From NCBI GenBank assembly GCA_002269645.1, contig NIVC01001159.1, forward strand, positions 38,257 through 102,256: 64,000 nucleotides of DNA, given 5' to 3'. The notes beneath the pieces were generated by a model. The model had not been told where the DNA came from. It did no database searches and was given only the letters and a program-made list of their open reading frames with translations. This document shows, in pieces, positions 48,312 through 60,213 of the stretch (its first letter is position 1; each line of letters opens with the position of its first letter). The position numbers were made by a program, and so were the translations under genes. This DNA comes from Macrostomum lignano (lineage: Eukaryota).

Positions 48312-48599
48312 TTTTAAAGACTCGACCAGTTAATCAACTGGAAAATCAAAATGCATGAGCAGCTGCGTCAACTCAACAGATTATATAGCGGCCTCAGAAG
48401 ACATTGTCAGAGAGATGCACTGCCTGCGCCTCATAGGCTGAATGCAAACCCAGTGTCTCTGTTTCTGATTCTCTGCCGTACAGAATGCATACTACTCACG
48501 GCAGTAGAAGTTAGATTGCAGATATTATTTTCACTTTCGCATAATACTTTTTTCTGAATTTCTCTGTTGTAATACATGGCATACAATGATAAAACAACA

Positions 48600-49350
48600 A
48601 CAACAAAATACGTGCTCCGCGTCACAGTGCGCGCCTCAAAGGCAGGTCGCGAATGAACGCCCCGCCGCCGACCGAATCTGGGGCGCCGGCGTTAGCCAGC
48701 AGGCAGTCGACGAATCGCCGAGTGCGGGCTTGCCCCCCCCCACCGGTAGGGTGCCTGCAGCGTCATTAGCAGCACCTCCTGCATCGGTTGTGGGAAATAC
48801 GTTCGGCTCGGATGATGTGGAATGCAAGCTGGAGTCGCCGACGGCGCAACAGGTCGCTTGGACGAACCAGGCCGTCATGGTGATAGAAAGCTGCGTTGGT
48901 CACTCGCTCGTTGCCGATCCTGAAGGCAGCGCTTAGCAGGTCAGCGTGCGCCGCGTCAACTTGTTGCTTGCGCAACTCCATCAGCGTCCAGGTCTCGGCG
49001 TTGTACAACAGGACGGTCTCGATCACCGCCTGGAAAAACGCCACCCTCTGGCGGTCAGGTAGGCCCTTGGATTGCAAGACTGCCCTCACAGAATAAAAGG
49101 CAGCCCATGACGTCAAGAACTAGACCGCCGAGGAAGTCGAACTGCTGACAACACGAAAGCTCCGTCGCCGGGCCATCTGCGCCTTGACTCATAAATGCAA
49201 CCTCGATGTCGTCCGGCACGCAGGGCACAACGGTTTTCTGTGTATTGACCACCAGACCGACAGCTTGTACAGTTGTTTCTGGGCGCCCTCGACCGTTCAG
49301 GACAGCAGGACGAGATCGTCAGCGTAGCCAAGCACGCTGAGCCGCCTCTA
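48600..49350 (-). mobile_element. 5'-truncated, decayed RTE-type non-LTR retrotransposon
   Basis: RT motif LGYADDLVLLS followed by an in-frame TGA, frameshifts, and the RTE-typical C-terminal stretch AFFQAVIETVLLYNAETWTL...RRRRLQLAFHIIR. A short (TTG)n run near 48595 may be the tail. Confidence 0.85.
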
Positions 49351-51424
49351 TCGTTGACGTCACCGCAACAGTTTTTTTTAAAATAATAAACGATAAACAA
49401 GAATACGTGTCTATTGTGTTGAGAATGCACCGTGCCTGGAGTCGTGTGACCGTGTAGAGAGGTGGGTGGATGGACAAGAGACGGGGAGGGAGAGAAGAAT
49501 GGCAAGCCGAAAAGATGAGAGCGAGGGAGAAGAATTCTGATGTACCAAATCCTATAATAACTATTATACTATCTAAAAGTGCAAGTTTGGTGAAAGCAGG
49601 TTTCTAGTTGTGAAATGAGAGAGCATTATATTAAAGCCAGCCTGCAAAAGCTTATCGAAGAAACTACCTGGCATATTATTCTGCATTAACTTCATGGCCT
49701 AACTAAAAATTATTTTTATAAGCTTCGTTTTATAATTGTGTGCTGTAAAACGGTTGCTTACAGAAAAATACGTCTTCTAAATCTGGCTTTACTCAAGTTT
49801 ACACGGCTTTCAGGAATTAACAAAATATAATTTCATTCTACTGCAATATAAAATGATGGCGAAGTTTGTTTATTATCCACAGGATTTAAAAAACTACGCC
49901 ATCAAGAGCAAAAAACGACTGTAAACTCAATGATTGTACGCTCGTATAGAATTGTTTGGAGATGCAATCAACCGTAGAAACCTGTTAACACATGGATCTC
50001 ACTTATGTAAAAAATGCAATACCCAGTTGACATCGTTTTAAAGAGAATTAATTTGACTATTTGAGACGATAATTACATGTACGTCGTACGCCACTCCTCT
50101 GCAGAGGACTTGAATCTGAGACTGGGATTAAAGGTGACCCTTAATTACCTCCCGTCGCCATCTTTGGTTGTTATCATCTCGGAAGCGTCAGCGCTGGAGG
50201 TCGCGGTTCATCACCGGATGATTGCGTCACCAACACCGCGTTTCAGCAGCCACTCTTGCATCATGCGCATCTTTTATTAGTACATGGATATAACTGCCTG
50301 TCTGCCTGTTTGTCTTGCTTTATTCTTTTTTAAAGGGGCGCAACGTTTTAATTGCGCTACAACTTTTCAGCAGTTTCTAGAAGAGTCTGTAAGGTGCTCT
50401 AGAATCTCCTTAGCAATACTTGCTAAATGTCATCTTGTACTTTTAGTATGCATCTCTATTGTATATCTCCAAGAGGCGGGCAGGAGGGGGCATGTCCCTC
50501 AGTAAATGCTTCGGGGGGACATTTCAATGCTTTGTCCCCCCGCACCAGCTCTGTGACCTGTTATGTAAATCAAGAATTTTGTTTCAGGACACCAAAATGC
50601 GTATCTGCGGCGCTAAAATGAGTGACTGAGGTGCCAAAATGAGTGACTCAAGTGGAAAATTCTTCACGCAGGAAAAGAGACCAGTGTATCTCCTAAAGAA
50701 ATAGTTCTATCGGATCAATGCCCAGCTCTATCAGTAAATAATTACACCAATATTCTTTCAAAGAAGTTGCGTAACTCGCTGCTTATCTCGTTTCAGAAGA
50801 CATCAAACCCAGTACACAAAAACTGCCAACCTGACTTAACAATAGGCTGAGCTGCTTCTACGAGTAAATCTAAAACTGTCCTTCATTCAAAACCAAAGAA
50901 ATTCATTTTGCCACTATCTATGCGCTCGTAAATATAGAAACTGAAACACGCAAATGCAGCAATGCTGTTTATTGAGACGAAGGGGCACATGGCACGCCAC
51001 AGCAGCTCCAGATTAAAGATTAAATGCAGACTGAAAAATAAAGGCAGAGAGACGTACAAGTATGACCGTGCGAACTCAGAAAAGAGTAAAATGCAGGGCT
51101 GAAACAGAATGCGGGCTGTGGTTGATGTGTGGGTGAGAAACTTCAAAAGAAAAGAGCGGAAAAGAGAGGGAGTCTATCTAGCAATATTTTTGAAACTGAA
51201 AAAACAGTTTCTGATAAATTTAGAAAACGAAAGCCAGAGCGTCTATAGACGGTGAGTGGAATATTAAAATAGACGATTAGGCATAAACAGAGGTCTTCAA
51301 AACAAAATTAAGTTGCCAAATCTTTTACACGCTACTTATGTTAGAGTCGCAGTTCGTTGCCCTGCATTTTGATGCAGTATCCAGATTGAATATCCAGAGC
51401 ACAGAATATCACCCAGAATGGTCA

Positions 51425-51570
51425 TTCACAGTGACAGGAGCAATGTGTGAACAGCAGTGACCGGAACAGTATGTGAACAGCAGTGACAGGAGCAGTGTGT
51501 GAACAGCAGTGACAGGAGCAGTGTGTGAACAGCAGTGACAGGAGCAGTGTGTGAACAGCAGTGTGTGAAC
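51425..51570. repeat. 24-bp minisatellite, ~6 copies
   Basis: Unit GTGTGAACAGCAGTGACAGGAGCA. Confidence 0.9.
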
Positions 51571-53528
51571 GGCAGAATCGCCAGTCCTGGCTGCATGGTG
51601 CAGGCAACTGTTAGCCAATACAATCGCCAAATCCACTTATTGGTCAATGCAAATCTTCAAAATCAAAGAAATATACAGGACATCTATAGCTAGGTGACAT
51701 TGTTCCCAACTCTTGTGCATAATTGCTTTCGTTAGCGGTTCTAAAAAACAATTCTTCAACAGCTGTAGAATAATTGAGTCTAAAAATTTCAATAAATAAG
51801 CATGAATAAGAGTTCCGTTGAAAAATTTATATGCTAGTCTCACTTATAGTAAATACAAAGTTTGTCTGATAATGAATAATGAATTATGATAACGAAATAC
51901 AACGTAAAGACGAGCTACTCACTAAGCAACATGTTACATTTTCCACCCCCGACACGTGCGGCCAACTTTTCTCACATCTCAGCGGTTTTCCTCTCAACTG
52001 TGGGTGATGCAGCTTCCGTCACAATAAGTCCCCAGTTTATTAACCTGATGAGGAGAGACAGGAGAGCTATGACCACAGAGTTGGATTAAGCTCGACCACT
52101 TTCAGTTCTCATGCAGACCTCATGAACGGGTCTCATAAGCAAAAACGTTCTGAAATTAAAAATTGCATGTATGAGTAGATCTCATCTGAGAGTTTTTTTC
52201 TCTATTTGATATCTATCTCAATTGCTTCGATCCTTTGGCCCTCTTAATACATGTATACGTATTATACAGGCTGCCAATCGGGACCCAAAAACCATGCTAC
52301 TTGTAAATTACTGTATCAAGAGCGAGAACGAGAATTTAATCACCTGTAGCACTGCCTGGAGTTGTTTCTTGGGCTCTCGGTGGTTGGGTGCTCATATATG
52401 GAAATTTCCTTTCTCTTGCTCTCTCACTCTGTCAAGCTTTTGTTTTATTGCTCATCCCAGCAGCCTATAAAACCGCGAAAAGCACCGCCTATCTGTATGC
52501 ACCTGGCTCAATGCTAGCTTCTACTTATAAGAACATCGAACTTTTTGCCCTATCGTCCATTTATTTCTTGCATTTTCTGCAAGCCGTTTGCATTTTGCAG
52601 CAAATTTGCGAGCCGTACTTGTCCAGCTAGTGTTTCGTTTAGCTATGAGCGTGAGCAGTCCTGCTCACGGCTCTCTTCATCAGTTTCTCGTACATTTGCA
52701 CGTGTGTTAATTAACAGAATTCATCAATACACCCTCGCTTTGACCACTGACCAGATGTTCCACCTTTTCTGTGTAATCCTTCGTCTCGTCTCTTGTTTAT
52801 ATCTACGCATATTCCTAAACGTTCTAGTTGTCAATTGCCCATAAATGAGTCACCAAGCAAACAACCAGTCCGATTTTGTTTGTAATGTGCAGTTTTTTAG
52901 AGGCGATAAACCTTTAACTACGAGTAACTACCAATTTATTGTACAGAAAACTTGTGATTAATAATTGAACTTTAAATAAGGTAGACACGGTGTTAGAAAC
53001 TTTAAATATAGGAACACAAAAAACAATTAAAAAATCAACCGTAACTGAGTAGCTAAAAATTTAAAGCAGATTAACTTGAGTAGACGTTGGAGCAGATCAA
53101 CAAGTAGCTTACGTGAGCTCTTGGGCTGAAGGGGCAACCCAGCAGTCGGGAAAGCAAAAACTTGAATAAATAATAAAAAAACACGTCGGATCAAAAAAAA
53201 CTTATAAATATAAAAAAATTGCGGCTAAATATGGATAGGCACGGCACACAAAACAGAAGGCTGCAAGTACAGGAAAAGTTCGGTTGCTTGAGTAAACTGG
53301 AGGACAGTGTTTCAGCAGCAAGAACGATTGTTTGTCATAAGATAAACATATCGATTACAAATTTTTAGCTAATTTTCGTGGCTACTGGGCTACATTTGCT
53401 TTGGGTTACAAAGCTGCTACTTTCAATTCTAATTCTAACTCTTCTCAAAGCTACTACTTAGCACGTTGCTGAGTGAATATATAGTGTTGACGTCTCAGAA
53501 ACCGCTAAACAATTTCATTGAGCAGCTT

Positions 53529-54762
53529 TTAAACTTTCTGAGCTTTTTCTGGATCGAAGCTAACAAGTCGTGAAAGCTGGTCGACCTTCTGTGGCACAAC
53601 ATGGTACAGGTTGTTTTTCACCCGAACAGGGTTTTCCTGCAAGTGGCCGCTCACCTTGGTCATGATGGTACTTAGGTCGAGCTCACGGAAGTTTTTCTCG
53701 ATGAAATCGCAAACAGTCTGCACGTACAGCGAACCCGTGTCGATGTTTCTAAAGGCGGCTGAGCCTGGAGTGTTGGCGTAGCAGAGCAGAAAGTCGCTCT
53801 CTGCAGGACGGACCGCGGTGTTGTACACCGGAGCGGGTGCTTCGTCCGTTTCCTCGCGAGAATTGGGAGCAACAACAGCGCGGTCGAGACGGCTTCCGCG
53901 ACAGGCCTGGATGAAGAACGCCTTCGGCCTGCCTTCAAGTCTGCGGCAGACAGAGCTCTGCGATGCGATGACAGTGGCGGTGAGGTTTTTCGTCTTAGAA
54001 ACATGGTATACTGTCTAGTCTCCGCTTCTTTGATGAATTAGATTGAAGGCGTGAGACACGCCTGTTTCAGAACTCAATTCAGAACTCAAAATGAGATTTC
54101 GGCTCTCTCATGCGCTTGTATATTTTTCCGCTAGCGTTCGCTGGCTTCAAGCCCATACCTGTAAAGCGCAAATCCCCCAACATGTCTATGAAAATATTTT
54201 ACGTTAATAAAATGCACTACATGTATTTGTCATCAGTGCCACAAAAGTCTACACAGACTTTTGTAAATGCGAAAACGAGTTCCTACACTCAATATTACCT
54301 TTCGGCTCAATACTATACATTTCTATTCAGAGCCCTTTTTAATATTCCTGTCCTTGCTCATATCAAGATAAAAAACTATCAACAGGATATTCTCGGCGAT
54401 AGCTTACCTGGAACCTGTCTGTCAGCTTTCGAATTTCGTAGGGACAGCCGTCCCTACCGTAGATGCAGTCGTGGCTGCCGTGCGCCATCAGGAAGCAGAC
54501 AAAGCTGCCATGCTCGCCAAGGTCCGGTGACTTTTTTATCTCATGGAGGAAATCATCCACCTGCTCAGCGGTAAGATCCTCTTTTACCTTGACGATGAAG
54601 CGCAGACTCTCGAATACCTGTTTCACTCGTTCAACATCACGAACTGAACCTTTACGCTCGGTATGACTGAATGTGATGTCACTTCCGGAGTCGTACTTGC
54701 TGATGTTGATGATCAGACAGTAGCCTTGCGGGTCCGTCACTGGATAGAAGTCTCCCTCCACC
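53529..54762 (-). CDS. Caspase (peptidase C14A) catalytic domain exons of the ankyrin-caspase
   Basis: GYCLIINISKY, ERKGSVRD (S1 Arg), FVCFLMAHG (catalytic His), GRPKAFFIQACRG (catalytic Cys; QACRG at 53895-53909), and p10 PAESDFLLCYANTPGSAAFRNIDTGSLYVQ. One phase-0 intron at 54407-53994. Confidence 0.95.
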
Positions 54763-57700
54763 CTGGAATACAGTGAATGCTCAATACATTTTTTACGAGC
54801 TCGTACTTTAACAGCGCAAAACATAAAATTTAGTATCACCTTGACAGCTGATGGCGAGCGGTTTTGACACGCATGGCTCCTCCGAAGTCTCCAAAAGTTC
54901 TTTTAAGTGAAAAACAACAATTTGACTATGCTGTTACTGAATATTTGTGGCATGCTTTGCCTGATGACTAAATAAAACTTCGACTCACAGATCTGGTTCC
55001 TCATCGCTTGGTATCTCGTCATCAGCATGGTCTGTAAAAACTTTTCGTCTGAAAAGGTAAAAAAGCCATGCAGTTTTCGTAGCTGTGTGCTGTAGCTGTG
55101 TGTTGTAGCTGTGTGCTGTAGCTGTGTGCTGTAGCTGTGTGCTGTAGCTGTGTGCTGTAGCTGTGTGCTGTAGCTGTGTGCTGTAGCTGTGTGCTGTAGC
55201 TGTGTGTGCTGTAGCTGTGTGTGCTGTAGCTGTGTGCTGTAGCTGTGTGCTGTAGCTGTGTGCTGTAGCTGTGTGCTGTAGCTGTGTGTGCTGTAGCTGT
55301 GTGCTGTAGCTGTGTGTGCTGTAGCTGTGTGCTGTAGCTGTGTGTGCTGTAGCTGTGTGCTGTAGCTGTGTGTGCTGTAGCTGTGTGTGCTGTAGATGTG
55401 TGCTGTAGCTGTGTGCTGTAGCTGTGTGCTGTAGCTGTGTGTGCTGTAGCTGTGTGCTGTAGCTGTGTGTGCTGTAGCTGTGTGTGCTGTAGCTGTGTGC
55501 TGTAGCTGTGTGTGCTGTAGCTGTGTGTGGTGTAGCTGTGTGTGCTGTAGATGTGTGCTGTAGCTGTGTGCTGTAGCTGTGTGCTGTAGCTGTGTGTGCT
55601 GTAGCTGTGTGCTGTAGCTGTGTGTGCTGTAGCTGTGTGCTGTAGCTGTGTGCTGTAGCAGTGTGCTGTAGCTGTGTGTGCTGTAGCTGTGTGTGCTGTA
55701 GCTGTGTGCTGTAGCTGTGTGCTGTAGCTGTGTGTGCTGTAGCAGTGTGCTGTAGCTGTGTGCTGTAGCAGTGTGCTGTAGCTGTGTGCTGTAGCTGTGT
55801 GTGCTGTAACTGTGTGTGCTGTAGCTGTGTGCTGTAGCTGTGTGCTGTAGCTGTGTGTGCTGTAGCTGTGTGCTGTAGCAGTGTGCTGTAGCTGTGTGCT
55901 GTAGCAGTGTGCTGTAGCTGTGTGTTGTAGCTGTGTGCTGTAGCAGTGTGCTGTAGCAGTGTGCTGTAGAAGTGTGTGCTTAGTGTGCAGTGTCTGCGCT
56001 TGAGCTGAAGAAACTCACCGTGGCTCCGAAGACTCGTCAAAGTACTTCTTGCCTTCGTACCTGAAATTGATTTGGATAGTTTGAATCAAGACTTTGGCTG
56101 ATATTTTGTTTTCACGTGAGTATTTAGGAACTCAACAGCAGATTTCTGATTTCAAGATGGGATTCAGGGTCTCGAAACAAACTCATTTTTTACATAGATT
56201 TTATATTAAGCCGTAAATTTTGAATTTTATCTTTAAATTGAAGATTTTGCTTAGATTTATCAGCAATAAAGTTATAAAGTTATCAACTGGCAATCTGCAG
56301 TCAAACTGCACTGCAAACTTCCTCAATGCAGCTCAGTCAGTCCCTGCTGCCCATTTGGACTACAATAATTAAAAAATTCCCACTCAGAGCAACTGCCGTC
56401 AGCTGCTCAATATTCAATCATAAATTACAGCAATAGTGTTTATCAATCGGGATAAATCAAAGTCAAAGAGAAATTCTCAGTCGCCATGGAAACTCACCCA
56501 CGCAGCAGCTCAGCCAGTTCGCTCTTTCCCTTCTCTGTGGCCAAATCCAGCGCAGTCTCGCCGTTTATGTCCTTCAGGCTCCAATCCGCCCCTGAGTCCA
56601 GCAGAACCCGACCGACTGCGGCGGCGGTGGCGGGGGGCGCATGGATGGCTGCCTGCATGAGAGGCGTAGATTCCATTCCACTCGTGGCATTTGCGGAGAC
56701 TCCGACAGCCAGCAGAGCGGAGGCTGCGGCAGAATTTCCAGCGCTGGCTGCGTGGTGGAGGCAACTTTTATCATAAAAATCTGCCAATGTAGGGTCTCCC
56801 ATATGCACCAGCTGCTCCCACAGAATCTCATCACAGCAGGACCTGTTTTGAGCTGCCCACATCAACGCGGTGCAACCATATTGGTCAGGCAGGTCGCAGC
56901 TGCTGCGGGTCGCCGCTCGCCGCAGCGCCGCCATTAAGCCCTTATCGGCCAGCCGCCGCAGTTCCTGTCGATCCGACTTCTCCTGCAAAGGCGAGTGGGA
57001 AATTTGAGCACAGCTGCTCAGTTGCAGCTGCATCGCCACTGCAGATGCCACTCACCTTGGCTATCAGGCCGGAGATAAAGCTATGTCTATCCACAACCAG
57101 CCGCATCTCCCTGAAACAGCAGAATTGAGCAGCGAATTTGCAATTTTCTCAAATCTGGCAACTCACATAGCTATATTATAATAAAATTTTATGATAATTT
57201 TCATGATATTTGTCAACAGAAATTCTAAATAATGTGAGCTGCTCGCGAATGGACTTTCCAAGAGCCCTCAAGCACAGCCTCCCAGTTCTCCATCTGCAGC
57301 TCAACCCACACACTCTCACTGCACACCGAGGCCCTACAGCTTCCATTCTTGACTGAGATCAACCCGCATCCCGTTGGCTGGAAGGCAGCTCTCGCCCATC
57401 AAGCAGTCAGCCAGAGACAAGCTCAGCTCAGCGAACTGCTCACTCACCGCTCGATGTAGCTGGTCAGCTCTAAGTGGCCGTTGCGCCTCGCCAGGTCCGA
57501 CGCCGAGTGTAAATTGCGATCGCACAGTTTGAGTAGCTCCGACCTCTTCGAGTCTTCGTAGATAGTGGACTCATTGAACCTTCTCTGCCTGAGCAGGTGC
57601 AGCAGGTGCTTGGCGCATTTCCAGCTTCCAGTTCGCGCCGCCTCCATCAGCGGAGTGGCGCCGTTGTCGTTCCGCAGCCACTTCGCATCGAACGATAGCA

Positions 57701-58321
57701 GCGTCAGCAGCCGCAGGTGGTCCCGCCGGGCTGCCAGGTGCGCAGCCGTGTCGCCGTTCGCGTCAGCCGCCTTGAGGTTAACGCCCTTCTCAAATAAGTA
57801 CAAGATGCACTTTTCAGTGTGCACGGGAGTCTCAGGAGCGTCGGCCACCAGCATGAGGACGGTCCGACGATCTGCATCAGCGCTGGTGACCAGCTGGCGC
57901 GTTGCCAGCCGCCGCACCTTGCCGAAGTCACCTCGGCTGACGAGCTGGGCGAGAGTGTGGAGATCGGCTGGTGAGTCTCCGACGCTTGTACGGTTGCTGG
58001 GGTCCGGCTGAGTGAGTTCCTGCAACTGCAATGGAGGCACCTGGCTTTTAGAACCAGAAAAAGGGTATAGAACTCCGGGGTATTGTCGTTTTTTATCCTG
58101 TTGAATGAGGTTAAGGATTACACGTCGAAATGGTCGAGGTAGATTCCATGGAAGAGAAATACGTGTCCATTATGAGCGCTACTGTCGCGACTTATAATAA
58201 GGATACGGTCTAAAGCTACAGACCTACAGTTTATAGTTCTTGTTTTACTGCAAATGTACCAACAGCTAATAGTAATTTATTAGCTCACCGTGTTATTCAG
58301 AGAGGAGGCCGCACTGCCCAT
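53529..58321 (-). CDS. Ankyrin-repeat caspase: myristoylation-type N-terminus, two ANK clusters, acidic linker, caspase p20/p10; 9 exons, ~715 aa
   Basis: Exons 58321-58289, 58040-57448, 57110-57056, 56982-56498, 56060-56019, 55048-54989, 54899-54840, 54762-54408, 53993-53529. All introns are GT-AG and the phases chain without a stop; total 2148 nt. The exon 2 acceptor could also be 58025 or 58019 (same phase). Confidence 0.78.
55079..55980. repeat. 13/15-bp minisatellite in an ankyrin-caspase intron
   Basis: Unit GCTGTGTG(TG)CTGTA. Confidence 0.95.
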
Positions 58322-58786
58322 TATTCGCACTTCAACCAGTTTTTCTCCACTCAGGCCGGAAAGCAAAATGCATGAGCAGTCGACCCTAGGCAACAGATTA
58401 TATATCGCCCTCAGAAGACATTGTCAAAGAGATGCCTGATTGGCCTAATGCAAAGCCGGTGCCTCGGTTTAGGGTTTATCTGTCATACAGAATGCATACT
58501 ACTTACGGCAGTAGACACCCTCTAGGCAAATGAAGATCATCGTTGCAAAATTATTTTTTATTTCGTACAAATCAACAAATTTTCTGGCTTCTTCCACTAA
58601 AATTGCATGATTTTTTTTGGTAAATGCAAGACTTACCTTCTAAAAATAAGCACAATGTTTGTAATTAGTGACAGACACACAGAGACTAAGAGCTGAAATA
58701 ATGGAAATGAGGAGAGATATGCCTCTAAGGTTTTGTCGTTACGAGTATATACATGCCATTGCTTGAAATGGCGCAAAATGAGTTAT

Positions 58787-59551
58787 TGCATTGCCAAAAT
58801 GAGTGACTGCTGTGCCAAAATGAGTGACTGCTGTGCCAAAATGAGTAACAGCTGTGCCAAAATGAGTAACAGCTGTGCCAAAATGAGTGACTGCTGTGCC
58901 AAAATGAGTGACTGCTGTGCCAAAATGAGTAACAGCTGTGCCAAAATGAGTAACAGCTGTGCCAAAATGAGTGACTGCTGTGCCAAAATGAGTGACTGCT
59001 GTGCCAAAATGAGTGACTGCTGTGCTAAAATGAGTGACTGCTGTGCTAAAATGAGTGACTGCTGTGCCAAAATGAGTGACTGCTGTGCCAAAATGAGTGA
59101 CTGCTGTGCTAAAATGAGTGACTGCTGTGCTAAAATGAGTGACTGCTGTGCCAAAATGAGTGACTGCTGTGCCAAAATGAGTGACTGCTGTGCCAAAATG
59201 AGTGACTGCTGTGCCAAAATGAGTAACAGCTGTGCCAAAATGAGTAACAGCTGTGCCAAAATGAGTGACTGCTGTGCCAAAATGAGTGACTGCTGTGCCA
59301 AAATGAGTGACTGCTGTGCTAAAATGAGTGACTGCTGTGCTAAAATGAGTGACTGCTGTGCCAAAATGAGTGACTGCTGTGCCAAAATGAGTGCCTGCTG
59401 TGCCAAAATGAGTGACTGCTGTGCCAAAATGAGTGACTGCTGTGCCAAAATGAGTGCCTGCTGTGCCAAAATGAGTGACTGCTGTGCCAAAATGAGTGAC
59501 TGCTGTGCCAAAATGAGTGCCTGCTGTGCTAAAATGAGTGACTGCTGTGCT
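58787..59551. repeat. 21-bp minisatellite (AAAATGAGTG family), ~36 copies
   Basis: Unit AAAATGAGTGACTGCTGTGCC. Confidence 0.96.
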
Positions 59552-59998
59552 GTGCAACAACCCCAGGATTTCCAAAAATATGGGTAACTTTTTGGTTTGG
59601 AACTGGTGGCTTTGCACCCCTTACGCCATAAAGTCCAAGGCAACTCCCCTTCTGCAGCTATATTGTTGGTATAGAAATTTTTTTCAAAAATGCAGGACCC
59701 ATTAGAAGTAATTTTTCTGACTCTGTTTCAGCCGTGTTACCCATAGGCTGTTTTTATTAAAAATCATCAATAACAGTATTCGCATGCATTGCTTCATTAC
59801 AAAAGACATTTTGAAAGAGGAGAGGATGCGGAATATGATTTTCATATTCTAGTCTAATCTTTCTTCTGCTTAAGAATTTCTTGGCTATCATAGTACTCGA
59901 AATAATCAATAATGATTTATTAAACATGCCCTAATGGCCAGATGTGCAACCGACAGCTCAGCCGCAGCTATTGCGCGGCGCATCTGAAGGTTGCGTAC

Positions 59999-60213
59999 GG
60001 CTGTTCAATCCAAGGACTGGGGGGGGGGGGTCGCCACACATACCCTCAATTACCCCAGCTAATGCTCGCACCCATTTTACAGCTGGGTGAACTGAAGCAA
60101 TGCAGAGTTAGGTGTCTTGCTCAATGACACAAATTGTTCCGAGTGGGATCAGGAATCGAACCCCCGACCTTCAGGCCGTGAGTCCGACGCTGTAACCACT
60201 AGGCTACAACCCC
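59999..60213 (-). mobile_element. tRNA-derived CORE-like SINE, second copy
   Basis: The reverse complement aligns over ~215 bp with 26045-26270. Confidence 0.82.

Noticed and set aside
54985-56040. 351-aa His/Thr-rich ORF joining two caspase-gene exons through the intron
   Set aside because: The middle is a 13/15-bp satellite. The upstream 42-nt exon is read in a frame that has a stop in the paralog, while the spliced frame is open in both.
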